Shown piece by piece: positions 42,220 through 55,732 of a DNA stretch of 64,000 nucleotides; position 1 is the first letter of the stretch; every line of letters begins with the position of its first letter. The stretch is taken from contig CAVYRJ010000014.1 of NCBI GenBank assembly GCA_963770935.1, positions 32,001 to 96,000 on the forward strand, given 5' to 3'. Both the position numbers and the translations under genes were made by a program. The notes under the pieces were generated by a model. It worked only from the letters and a program-made list of their open reading frames with translations. It ran no database searches and had not been told where the DNA came from. Source of the stretch: Candidatus Bathyarchaeota archaeon (lineage in GTDB: Archaea > Thermoproteota > Bathyarchaeia > Bathyarchaeales > Bathycorpusculaceae).

Positions 42220-42223
<4 letters not shown>
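41287..42223 (-). CDS. hemC: Hydroxymethylbilane synthase, frameshift near 3' end
   Basis: [34 protein letters not shown]. Confidence 0.93.
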
Positions 42224-44499
<2,276 letters not shown>

Positions 44500-44514
44500 T
44501 TTTATGTCTCCTTT

Positions 44515-45147
44515 TCAAAGTTTCATGGCTAATTCTTCAGCCTCACAAAGCTTGCCTTCTCTTAAAGCTTGTTTAATGTTATCGTTATTAAGTATCTCGT
44601 ATAACACTTTGCTTCTAATTTTCGAGTCAGAAACCTCGTCTTTAAGGATACTGCGTACATTAGCCTGCAACTCGATCTCAAGCAAGTCCTCAGGCGTAAC
44701 CAGTTTCTCTATCCGTTGCCTTAGTACCCGTGCCATCGCTGGGCTTTTGCCGCCAGTGGAAACCGCAATCTTGACGTCGCCAACTTTCGCGACTGCTGGC
44801 AAAATGAAATCGCTAAGGGCTGGGTTATCAACTGAGTAAACGATGCAGTCCCCAGATTTTGCGCTTTAATCAGTTCAAGGTTAAGTTTGGGGTCGTTTGT
44901 TACTGCTAAGAAGTACGTCTGGTTTGGGGTTAAGGCTGTCAACAAACGCTTTGGCGTCTTGAATTTCAGTTTTTAGCAGAGCAACCTTTTTTTCTTCACC
45001 AAGCTTCTGAATGCCACCTGAAAAATCTTTGCTTATAACCCAGATTTTTGCGCCAGAATCAACGAAGCTTTGGGTTTTGCGGTAAGCCTCCGCGCCTCCG
45101 CCGACTACTATAACGGTTTTTCCGTCAAGCTTGAGGTCTATGAGCAA
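44515..45147 (-). CDS. sirC: Precorrin-2 dehydrogenase (SirC/Met8-like), frameshifted
   Basis: VVGGGAEAYRK Rossmann motif; IAVSTGGKSPAMA. Confidence 0.85.
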
Positions 45148-46703
45148 CTTTTTGTTTTGCCACCTTCAGAAACGTTAAAGCTATAGTTGGTTAGCAATTT
45201 TTTGAACTTTTCCATAAACGCCTTGTAATCAACCTCAACTTTCATTGGGGGAGAGGCAACTTTAGCCAGCAAATCTAAATCAATATATTTTTCAGCTGCG
45301 TCGATGGCTTGGGCGCCAAAATCTTCGTAGCGGATTTCGATTTCCGGAATCATACCTCTGCCTTCCAAATCCAGACGCGGCACCATCCCCAACAGCTCAA
45401 TGCCTGCGTTTTGGAAAGCATTTTTCATGGTTTGTTTTATTTCGTCGGTTATGTAGCTGACGCGCAGCTTGTTTAGTATTACGCCTGTTGTGTTTACTCC
45501 GAGACGTTTTAGGATGTTAACGTAGTTTAGAGTGTTGATTAATGCGCCTTCGATGCCTTCTTTGTCACAGCCCACGACAACTATGGTAGATGCGCCCAAA
45601 GCCGCGGCAACTTCGGCAGTGGACATTGGTCTTTTATAATTCTCATTTAGTAAACCTGTGAATGCGCTCATGGCTCCTTCAACGAAAAGGAAATCATGTT
45701 TCTCGGCTGCCTTTCTACAGCTTGCTCAAGTGGTGTCCAGCCGCTTTCGCCAATTTTAATCGACGAGTAATCCTTAATCGGTTCCTTAATGAGATAGAGC
45801 GATGGCACGGAGTCGCGTATGTCTCCGCCGACTTTTATGATGCCAACTTTGAAGCCTCTCTTTTTTAATGCTCCAGCGATGCCTGTTACTATGAAGGTTT
45901 TTCCTGAACCGCTCCCAGTCGCCGTCACCATCAGCAATCGTGGCTCTTTTTGGGCTTTTTTTGCTTGACGGATGTTGGTGGCGATTCCGATTTCGCCCTT
46001 TGATTTGCTCTAACAGTTTCGCGTTGCTTTGCCGTATGGCTTCAAGTTCAATTGGTTTATGCCCAGCGATTTTGTGATGCTTTCAATAATGGTTGGGTTT
46101 TGGTCTAAGAGTCCATGGATGAATATGCCGACGACGTTGCCTTGCTTGTTGGCGACACCTGAAATCAAGTCTTGAGGGTCTTTTTTGTAGTTGACCCGTT
46201 TAGCATGGGTAATTATGATGGGTTTGGCGTCTTTGTGGAGGACAATTTTACCGTAGGTGTGGCAGTGGAAACCTGAAACTTCCTTGCCGACCTCTTGGGT
46301 TATGAAGCTTTTGTCAACTATTGTGGCTTTTACGCGGTCAGTGCATACAAGCGGCTTAAACTCTGCATCCAGCAAACCCAAGCCTTCACGGGTTATCGGA
46401 ATGGTTGATAGGCGTCCAACATCGGTTTCTTTGGCAAGCACTTGAAAACCTGAGCAGATGCCAAGCACAAACTTGCCTGAGTCAGCCATTTTTAGTATTT
46501 CGCGGGTGACCTCTGTGTTGACGCTTTGGGATTCAACTAGGCTTCCGCCTGGAATGATTAGCATGTCTAAAACTTCTGAAGCTGGTTTGCCATCTACAAG
46601 CCCGTCGGCGCAGACTAGGTCAGTTGGCAGGTTTCCGAAGTCTTCAAAGCAGGGAAGAGCTCCTGGAAGGTAAACTAAGCCGATTCTGTGATCGAAATTT
46701 CAA
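45138..46703 (-). CDS. CobQ/CbiA-related amidotransferase with N-terminal GATase and C-terminal P-loop synthetase, frameshifted
   Basis: IIPGGS, LGICSGFQ, GFHCHTYG, HG, then TATGSGSGKTF and GVILNK. Start position approximate. Confidence 0.75.
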
Positions 46704-46751
46704 TCCAAAGTGCCCCGAGGGCTATTTACGGTAAGCCTTATATTTAAGCCG

Positions 46752-46769
46752 CATGGTTTATCCAACCAT
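46752..46769 (+). promoter_or_regulatory. Putative operator CATGGTTTATCCAACCAT after TATA box CTTATATT (46737-46744)
   Basis: Perfect 8-5-8 palindrome at 46751-46771; 15/18 identical to the site upstream of cbiM. Confidence 0.65.
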
Positions 46770-48048
46770 GCATTCCTCGGCAAAGACAGACCACGTCATC
46801 AACGTTAGAATAACGCATAAAACAGCGCGAGTGCCGTTGATGGAGGCTGTAGCGTTTAAAGAGAAGGAAAAAGGGCTTGCCGAGATACTTTCTCTTGAAA
46901 ATGTGGAAGAATGTCTGATTTTGCAGACTTGCAACCGTATTGAGCTTTTCATTGTAACTGAAACGGCTGAAGAAACGGCAGATGTTGGTTAAGGATTACT
47001 TGGCAAAACGGGCGGTATCGAATGCTGAGGAAGCGTACAAAGCAATAGAAACCTCCATTGACAATGACACCTTCAATCACCTGCTCAGAGTCACTTCAGG
47101 CTTAGAATCGATGGTTATCGGCGAAGACCAAGTCCTTAACCAAGTCTGGGACGCCTACTGAAGCCGACAACGCCAAAACCTTAGGCCCAATCCTTAAACA
47201 CCTGTTTAACCGTGCAATGACAGTTGGCAGACGCGTTAGGAATGAGACAGGCATCAACAAAGGCGCCGTTTCAATCGGTTCAGCAGCCGTTGAATTGGCA
47301 GTTAATTTACTGGGAAACTTGGAAGACAAAAAAATCCTCGTTATGGGCGCTGGAGAAATCGGAACGCTCGTCGCTAAAGCCTTAGCTCGCCGCTGTCTTA
47401 GCCCGATTTTTATTGCTAACAGAACTTATGCCCGAGCAGTAACACTAGCCGAAGACCTCTCAGGGAAAGCGGTAAAGTTTGACCAGTTTGAAGAAGTCCT
47501 TGTTGACGCCGATGTGGTTATTTGTTCCACTGCTGCACCACATTACTTTTAACCAAAGACATTGTTTCTCGGTTGATGAGCCAACGCGTAAACAAAACTG
47601 ACTAGTAATTATTGACATTTCTAATCCTCGTAACGTTGAAAAAACCGTTCACGAAGTAGAAGCTACCAAACTTTACAACATCGACGACCTGCAGTTTATC
47701 GCCGATAAGAACAAGCTGGAACGAGAAAAAGGCATCGAGAAAGCCGTCAAAATCTTCGGAGACGAACTCATAATTCTAGACGATGACATGAAAAGCTTCT
47801 CGGTTCGTCTAATTGTTTCATCGCTTGCTATCCCGCGCTGAAGCAGATCGGCAAAAAGAACTCGCAACAGCCCTAAACATGCTTGGGTAATTGATGAAAG
47901 ACAAAAGCGGATATTGACGATCTAACTTCCATTTTGCTTAAGCAGACGTTTATTCCGATTGTTGAGAATTTGAGGTCAGCCGCCAAGAACGGTGATAAGA
48001 AGTCATTGATATTGCGGTTAAATTGTTTGAGAAAACGGGGAAAAATAA
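46768..48048 (+). CDS. hemA: Glutamyl-tRNA reductase, several frameshifts
   Basis: LQTCNRIE, SGLESMVIGEDQV, VMGAGEIG, IANRT, DISNPRNVE. Confidence 0.92.
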
Positions 48049-48049
48049 C

Positions 48050-49121
48050 TTGTCAAAATAGCCCTTGATAATGTTGGTTTAATTCTGATTGGGCACGGAA
48101 GCAAACTGCCTCATAACCGAGAAAACCTTGAAAAACTAGCAGATATTCTGCGTAGCCGCGGCAAATTCAAGACTGTAGAAATCGCTTTCATGATACGTGA
48201 CACCCCAACCGTTAACGAAGCAATTGATGCAATGGCGAAGAAAGGCATATCAAAAATCGTGTTAGTTCCAGCTTTTCTTGCGCCCGGAGTCCACACTACC
48301 GAAGATATTCCAGGTTTATCGGCGTAAAAGAAAAAGAACCCCAACTAAAAGCCAAAGGCATCGAACTTGTTTACGGCGAACCATTAGGCAGCGACGAACG
48401 CATCGCCGACATTCTGGAAGAAAAAGCCTTCAAAGCCTTGGGTGCAAGGCTAAAAAAGACGGCGAAATCGTAGATGCCTATTCAGTGTCTGAGGCAGGCA
48501 AAATCGTTGACAAAAGCATGATGCTTATACGTCAAGCAATCGGCGACGACTTGGCAAAACTGCCCAAAGATAAAGTTCCCATCGTCGAACGGGTTGTCCA
48601 CACAACGGCTGACCCAGAATTCGCTAAACTCATAGTAATCAGTGACGACGCGGTTAAAGCAGGCGTAGCAGCCATTAAGGCAGGCGCAAAAGTTGTAACC
48701 GACGTCAAAATGGTTAAAGCAGGCATCAACGAGGCACGCCTCAAAAAGTTCGGCAGCACAAGTCTACACTTACATGAATGACGAACGCGCCATGGACCTT
48801 GGCCAAAACGGAAGTCTTAACCCGTTCCGCGGCTGCCATGCGTTTAGCCATAAAAGACGGCTTAGACGGCGCAATCGTGCTTATTGGCAACGCCCCAACC
48901 GCAGCCTTTGAGTTGGCAGAACAAATAAAGCAGGAAAAGTTAAACCAGCATTAATCGTTGCTGTTCCAGTGGGCTTTGTCGGCGCTGCAGAATCCAAAGA
49001 AGTCGTCGCAAAACTTCCAGTTCCATACGTGATAACTAGGGGACGCAGAGGCGGCAGCACCATTGCAGTTGCAGTCTTCAACGCTTTGCTGTCTATGGCT
49101 GAAGGCAAGCTTTACGGTTAA
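48050..49121 (+). CDS. cbiX/cbiC: Short CbiX cobaltochelatase fused or tightly coupled to CbiC (precorrin-8X methylmutase), frameshifted
   Basis: IGHGSKLPHN..FLAPGVHTTEDIP (CbiX); RVVHTTAD, GNAPTA, PVGFVGAAESK, GGSTIA (CbiC). Confidence 0.85.
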
Positions 49122-49133
49122 AGGTGACTAATT

Positions 49134-50237
49134 ATGGCGCGGTTTTTCAAATACGGCATAACAACAGGCGCAACCGCGGCGGCAGCAGCAAAAGCCGCAG
49201 TAATCGCGGCACTTAAAGAGCCAGTTGACCGTGTAGTTATCCCAACACCGATTGGTTTGCGTTTTGAAGTGCCAGTGAAATCCAGCAGAAAACTCGCCAA
49301 GAGACACTGCTGAAGCAGTAGTCGTTAAAGATGCGGGACAAGACATTGACGCCACCGACAAAATGGAAATCACCGCCACCGTCAAACTAACAGACGACGG
49401 CAAAATCACCATTAAAAGCGGCGTAGGCATCGGCAAAGTCACTAAACCAGGTTTGCAGGTTCCCATCGGTGAAGGCGCAATCAACCCAGTCCCAAAAGCA
49501 TGATAACTGAAGCCGTCAAAGAAGTCCTACCAGCCGGCAAAGGCGCAGAAATAATTATTAGCGCTCCTGAAGGGGCAAACATAGCCAAAAAAACAATGAA
49601 CGCCAAACTAGGCATAAAAGGCGGCGTCTCCATCCTTGGCACAACAGGCGTAGTCAAACCCCTATCGCTTGAAGCGTGCCGACGCTCACTTGGTTCCCCA
49701 AATTGACGTTGCAATCGCGCGAGGTTACAAACGGTATTGTTTTTGTTCCGGAAACATTGGAGAACGCATTGCTAAAGACAAAGTTCAAAGTCCCCGAGGA
49801 CGCGATTGTTCAAACAGGCGACTTCGTGGGTTACATGCTTGATAAAGCCGTTGAGAAAGGCGTTAAAGAAATCATATTCATTGGTCACTCAGGCAAAATA
49901 GTCAAGTTGGCGGCAAACATTTTCAACACGCACCACAAAGTTGGGGATGCACGAAACGAAGTTATCGCTTCCTACGCAGGCGCTGTCGGAGCATCAACCC
50001 AAACAATCAACGAGGTTTTAGTTGCTAACACGTCAGATGAAGCCTCAGAAATCCTAAAACCAACAGGCCTTTTAGAGAAAACTTACGACAGAATCTGCTG
50101 CCCGAGTTAACCAGCGTATTAGCGACAGGGTGGAAAACAAGATAAAGCTAAGCGTCGTCATTGTTGCTATGGATGGCAGTGTCCTTGGCATGGACGAAAA
50201 CGCTAGGTGCAATAAGCCTTGGCTAAACTTAACATAG
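49134..50237 (+). CDS. cbiD: Cobalt-precorrin-5B C1-methyltransferase, frameshifted
   Basis: [48 protein letters not shown]. Confidence 0.9.
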
Positions 50238-50909
50238 TCGGCGTTGGACCAGGCTCAGCAGATTACGTTACGGCAGCGGCACGAAACACGGTAGCTCAAG
50301 CCCAAATAGGTAATCGGGGCACAACGCAGCCTTGACCTTTTCCCACCGACATCAAAGGCGAAACCCTGCTTTTAACCGCAAAAAACCTTAACGAATGCCT
50401 CAAACATCGGCTGTTGAATCGCCAAAAAAGGCAAAAACGTGACGATTCTGTCAACAGGCGACCCAGGATTCTCAGGGCTTTTCAAATCGGTTTTAAATAC
50501 TAAGCTTATTAGAGCCTGCAGAAATCAACGTTGTTGCAGGTGTAAGCTCGATTCAAACCTGCGCTGCTCGACTTGGGCTAGTTGGGATGAAGCATGCCTT
50601 TTCACTTTTCCATCAGGGCAACGTGACCGCGAGAGAAAAATGAGTTGGCAGTCGTTGCCTTAAAGGTGGCAGAGACGCGATACTTCTGCCTGACTCCAAG
50701 GGCTTCTCCGCCAAAAGAAATCGCAGCTTACCTTATCAAAGCTGGTTTTGACAACCAGCAAACACCAGTTTTATCTGCGAAAACCTAACCTTAAGAGCGA
50801 CGAACGGATAACCTGAAGCAGCCTTGTAGCAGGTTCTTTGGCTGCGGATTTTGGCGCTTTATGCGTAATGGTTATCAAAGCAAACCGTGCATGTAATGTG
50901 TACAGTTGA
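50219..50909 (+). CDS. cbiE: Cobalt-precorrin-7 C5-methyltransferase, heavily frameshifted
   Basis: [26 protein letters not shown]; position between cbiD and cbiT. Confidence 0.8.
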
Positions 50910-50915
50910 CTTTCG

Positions 50916-51512
50916 ATGGCTAAGATTTGGACTTACAAGACCCCCGGCATACCTGACGAACTTTTATTCAGAGCGATAATGTTCCTGGACCAACCAAAGA
51001 GGACGTTAGAGTTTTAACGATTTCTAAAGCCCGCTTAAACGAGGGCGACATCGTGATTGATGTTGGTTGCGGTACAGGCGGTTTAACTGTTGAGGCTGCA
51101 CTGCAAGTTGCTCCCTAAGGCAAGGTTTACGCGATTGACGAAGACCAAGCTGCGGTCAAGTTAACGCAAAGTAATGTTGAAAAGTTTGGTGCACAAGGCA
51201 ATGTCTTGGTTAAGCGGGGTAAAGCTCCTGAAGCCTGTTAACCCTTCCAAGGCTGATGCAGTTATGGTTGGTGGCGGCGGAATTCCCTGGAGCAATTCTT
51301 CAAATCGCCAAAAAACTGAAACAAACGGCCGAGTTGTGGTTAACGCGATTCTTTTGGAAACCGCCACTACCGCGATTGATGAACTTAAACAGTTGGGCTT
51401 CAAAGATATCGATGTTACGCATATTTCGGTGTCTAAGGGAAAACAAATAAACAGCGGCACCATGATGATGGCAAGAAACCCCATTACAATAGTTTCAGCT
51501 TCAAAACTTTAG
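50916..51512 (+). CDS. cbiT: Cobalt-precorrin-6B C15-methyltransferase (decarboxylating), frameshifted
   Basis: PGIPDELF, PTKEDVR, DVGCGTGG, ARNPITIV. Confidence 0.88.
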
Positions 51513-52298
51513 GTGAAAAAAGATTTGATTGGAGTATTCATTGGTATTGGTGTTGGTCCAGGCGACCCAGAATTAATCACGTTAAAAGCAGCAAAAGCAT
51601 TGCAAACAGCTGATGTTATTTGTGTTCCAAAATCTAACGCTAACAAGCCAAGCATTGCTGTTAACATGGTTAAGCCAATTCTTGATGAAAGGCAGAAACC
51701 GCCTGAAATGCTTGAACTAATTTTTCCCATGACCAAAGATGACCTAAACAATCGAAGCATTTGGGTAGAAAACGCGGCTATCGTCGCCGCGAAAGCAAAA
51801 AGGTGACGTAGCTTTCATCACACTTGGCGACCCAATGTTTTACAGCACCTTTTTGTACCTCTACGAAGCCGTAAAGGAAAGTTACCCAGAAGTTGAACTT
51901 GAAATCATCCCTGGCGTAACCTCCGTAACTGCTGCCGCAGCAAGCGCAAACTACCTTTGGCAGAAAAAGAGGAAGTGGTTACAGTTATCCCCTCAGACTT
52001 ATCCCTTGCACACATCGAGGAAGCCGCTAAACACGCCGATAACTTGGTTTTCATGAAGTGCGCTTTTCACATTAAGGAGTTTCTTCCAATTCTGTTCAAG
52101 GCTGGCTTTACTGAAAACTCAACCATTGCCCTAGTCAGACGATGCACTTTGCCAGAAGAGAAAGTTCTCGTGGGCAAACTCGGCGATGTAGACAGGTGGG
52201 ACATAACGGAGGATTACTTCTCTGTAGCAATTGTTAAGAAAAATCAGGTTCCTATTCATTGGAAACAAAACGGAAACGGTAACGGTGGAAGAAAATGA
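51513..52298 (+). CDS. cbiL: Cobalt-factor II C20-methyltransferase, frameshifted
   Basis: [34 protein letters not shown]. Confidence 0.88.
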
Positions 52299-53057
52299 AC
52301 AAAGTTGTATTTATAGGTGCAGGTCCAGGCGACCCAGAACTAATCACGCTTAAGGGCAAAAGATGGCTTGAACAAGCAGACGTCGTCATCTACGCGGGAA
52401 GCTTGCTGAACCCAGAATACCTAAAATACTGCAAAAACGGTGCGGAACTTTATGACAGCGCCAAAATGGGTTTGCCCGAAATGCAAAAAGTCATGGTGGA
52501 AGGCGTTAAAGCAGGAAAACTGTTGCCCGTCTTCACGATGGTGACCCAAGCTTCTACGGTGCAATCCAGGAAGTGATGACTGGTCTTGACAAGGAAGGAA
52601 TTGATTACTTCCGTATTCCAGGCGTAAGCTGCCTTTTAGGTGGAGCTGCCGCGTTGAACCGTGAATTGACTCTTCCAAACATTTCTCAAACAGTCATCAT
52701 TACTCGTCCCGAAGGCCGAACTCCAGTTCCAGAAGTGAAAGCATCAACAAACTGGCGCTGCATCAAGCAACCATGGTTATTTTCCTTGGCACACCGCACA
52801 TAGCCAAAGTTGTGGATGAGCTCCAAAAAGGCGGTTACCCCAAAGATACACCGGGCCAAGTGGTTTACAAGGCAACTTGGCCTGAACAAAAAATTGTTAA
52901 GGGCACTCTCGCAGACATAGTTGGGAAAGTCAAGGCTGAAGGCATAACTGAGACGGCGCTTATTTTTGTAGGAAAAGTCCTTGACCCGCAAGCCTATGAC
53001 TTATCTAAGCTGTATGACCCCAAGTTTACGACGGGGTTCCGTAAAGGCGAAGACTAG
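52295..53057 (+). CDS. cbiF: Cobalt-precorrin-4 C11-methyltransferase, frameshifted
   Basis: [46 protein letters not shown]. Confidence 0.9.
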
Positions 53058-54144
53058 ATGTATGCTAAGGGCATTGCTGTTGTTGCAATTACGAGGCGTG
53101 GCGTAGAGACCGCACTAAAAATCAAAGAAGCCCTAGATAGAGTTGGCTTGAATGCGACGGTTTATGCCCCAAAAAAATACAGCCAAACTGGCGTTGTTGT
53201 TTTAGAGAAAAAAGTGGGTGACTTTATTAAGGACATCTATAGCAGGGTAGATGCTTTAGTTGCTGTTATGGCAACTGGCATAACAATACGTGCGGTTGCG
53301 CCTCTTTTAGAGAGCAAACTAACCGACCCTGCAGTCGTGGGGGTAGATGCGGCAGGAAAATTCGTTATCAGCCTCTTATCAGGGCATTTTGGCGGCGCAA
53401 ACGAGCTGTCAAGAACAATCGCCAAAGGTATAGGTGCAACGCCAGTAATCACCACAGCTTCAGACGTTATGGGAAAAATGAGCGCTGACGAAATCGCTAA
53501 AATCCTGCATTTAACAATCCAAAACCCTGAAAGCCTCGTCTCAGTAAACTCTGCCATAGTAAACGGCGATCACATAGTTGTTGTTCTAATTGGCGATGTC
53601 AAAATTCCTGTAAACATTGTTAGTTGCTACGAAATAAAAAAAGCTGAAAGCGGAATGCAGGCCATTAGAAATTATCAGCCAATATGATGCGGGTGTAATA
53701 ATCGCCCATGAACCGTTATCGATTGCCAAGTTTGTGAAACCATTTACTATCCTAAAAACCAAAAATATAGTGGTTGGTTTGGGCGCAAGAAAAGACTCAA
53801 CCAAAGAAAGCATGATTGAAGCCGTTAACACAGTTCTCGAGCGTGTTCACATTCCTTTGGAGCGCATTGACCGTTTCGCCACAGTCGACATCAAACGAAA
53901 CTCTAAACAAATGGTAGAAGCGGTGGAAAGTTTGGGTGCCCCGCTTGAGTTTTTAAGTGTCGATGCACTTCGTTCAGTAAGTTACAGTGATCTTTCGCCT
54001 GATTCAGCAATGGTTCAGGAAAAAATCGGTGTTGGAGGAGTATGTGAACGAGCAGCATTACTAATAGCGGGAAAAAACTCAAAACTACTCATGAAAAAAA
54101 CCAAGCTAAACGGGGTAACGGTAGCGGTAGCCGAGGGCGAATAG
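53058..54144 (+). CDS. cbiG: Cobalt-precorrin-5A hydrolase, frameshift near 53670
   Basis: MATGITIR, DPAVV, LLSGH.GGAN, VITTASD, GVCERAAL. Confidence 0.92.
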
Positions 54145-54872
54145 CCGTTGTCGGCATCGGACCTGGCAGTCTTGAGCATTTAACGCCAAAAGCTCGAAAC
54201 GAAATAGAGGTCGCCGACGTAGTTGTAGGTTATGGCACTTACATTAAACTGATCCAATCTATAGTTAGAAAAGATGCCGAAATTTCATCTGGAACAATGG
54301 GCAAAGAAGTTGAACGTGCAAAAATTGCCGTAGATAAAGCCAAAGAAGGCAAACGCGTGGTGATGGTGAGCAGCGGTGACCCAGGTGTTTACGGTATGGC
54401 TGGTGTTGTTTTGGAAGTAGCAGCACAAGAAAAGACCCGTGTTCCTGTCGAAATTATTCCTGGCGTAACCGCAGCCACTGCAGCCTCAGCAATCCTTGGA
54501 GCACCATTGGTGAGCGACTTTGCAGTCATCAGCCTCAGTGACCTGTTAACGCCTTGGGAAAAAATTGAACTAAGACTCGAATCCGTAGCAGCCGCAGACC
54601 TTTCAATTGTTCTCTACAATCCACAGAGCCAAGGACGTGTCGAGCCGCTGACCAAGGCTTACGAGATAATGCTAAAGCATATCAAGCCAGATACGCCAGT
54701 GGGCATCGTCAGGCAAGCAGGGCGCGAGGGTGAAAATTACGTGATCACAACTCTTAAAGATATGTTAAACTGGGAAATCGACATGGTCACAACGATTGTT
54801 GTCGGCAATTCGGCGACAAAAGTCGTTAACGGGAAGATGGTGACAGCCCGAGGATACGACATAGCCCAATAA
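54141..54872 (+). CDS. cbiH: Cobalt-factor III C17-methyltransferase (no canonical start)
   Basis: In-frame IAVVGIGPG at 54141; SSGDPGVYGMA, ISLSDLLTPW, LYNP, RGY. Confidence 0.9.
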   Translation: MAVVGIGPGSLEHLTPKARNEIEVADVVVGYGTYIKLIQSIVRKDAEISSGTMGKEVERAKIAVDKAKEGKRVVMVSSGDPGVYGMAGVVLEVAAQEKTRVPVEIIPGVTAATAASAILGAPLVSDFAVISLSDLLTPWEKIELRLESVAAADLSIVLYNPQSQGRVEPLTKAYEIMLKHIKPDTPVGIVRQAGREGENYVITTLKDMLNWEIDMVTTIVVGNSATKVVNGKMVTARGYDIAQ

Positions 54873-54874
54873 AA

Positions 54875-55729
54875 CTATGCTTTTTCCTCTTTCTGCTGTA
54901 GTAATTGCAATATTTCTTTTCGGGCTTCACTGATAGTTAATGGCAACTCATGGTCAATAGAAAGGTTGTCCTTGTCTCTTAGCACCTCAAATAGGTGTGT
55001 TAATCGGGGAGAACGCAAGTTTACCTGGCGGATAAGGTCTCCGTTAGAGAATGATTCTTTCGGAGTACCCTCGGACACAAGTTTGCCTTTATTTAACACG
55101 TACATTTTAGTAGCGAAAAGCGGCACCATATCCACATCATGTGTTGCAAGCAGTAAGGTTATTCCCTTTTCTTTGTTTAGTTGCAAAAGCAGATGCAATA
55201 TTTCGCTTGTAGCCCTTGGATCTAGGTTTGATGTTGGCTCATCCATGATAATGACTTCGGGTTGCATAGCGAGCACTCCTGCAAGAGCGATACGTTTTTT
55301 CTGTCCAAGGCTTAAGAAGTGTGGTGGCTTTTCTGAGAATTCGCTCATCCCCACAGTTTTTAGCGCTTCCTCAACGATAGTTTTGACTTTTTCAGTAGTG
55401 TATCCTAAATTGAGGGGTCCAAACGCAACATCTTGTTTGACGGTAGGAGCGAAAAGTTGGTCATTTGGGTCTTGAAATACAAATCCAACGCGTTTACGGA
55501 GTTGAAGCAGTGATTTTGAATCGTATTGGAGAGGTTTGTCTTCAAAGAGGATTTTGCCTGAAGTGGGTTTTAGGATGCCGTTAAGGTGGTTAAGCAGCGT
55601 TGTTTTGCCTGAACCGTTGGTGCCCAATAGGGCAATGCGTTCAGCCCGGTCGAAGCTCAAAGTGATGTTGTCTAAGGCAAGCGTGCCGTCGGAGTATTCG
55701 TGGGTGAGGTTTTCGATTTTAAACAACAT
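54875..55729 (-). CDS. cbiO: ECF cobalt transporter ATPase
   Basis: GTNGSGKTT, FQDPNDQLF, LSLGQKKR, DEPT. Confidence 0.92.
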   Translation of the reverse strand: MLFKIENLTHEYSDGTLALDNITLSFDRAERIALLGTNGSGKTTLLNHLNGILKPTSGKILFEDKPLQYDSKSLLQLRKRVGFVFQDPNDQLFAPTVKQDVAFGPLNLGYTTEKVKTIVEEALKTVGMSEFSEKPPHFLSLGQKKRIALAGVLAMQPEVIIMDEPTSNLDPRATSEILHLLLQLNKEKGITLLLATHDVDMVPLFATKMYVLNKGKLVSEGTPKESFSNGDLIRQVNLRSPRLTHLFEVLRDKDNLSIDHELPLTISEARKEILQLLQQKEEKA

Positions 55730-55732
55730 ATT

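Noticed and set aside
46700-46770. Cobalamin riboswitch upstream of the cbi/hem operons
   Set aside because: Intergenic spaces are under 75 bp and lack B12-box sequences.
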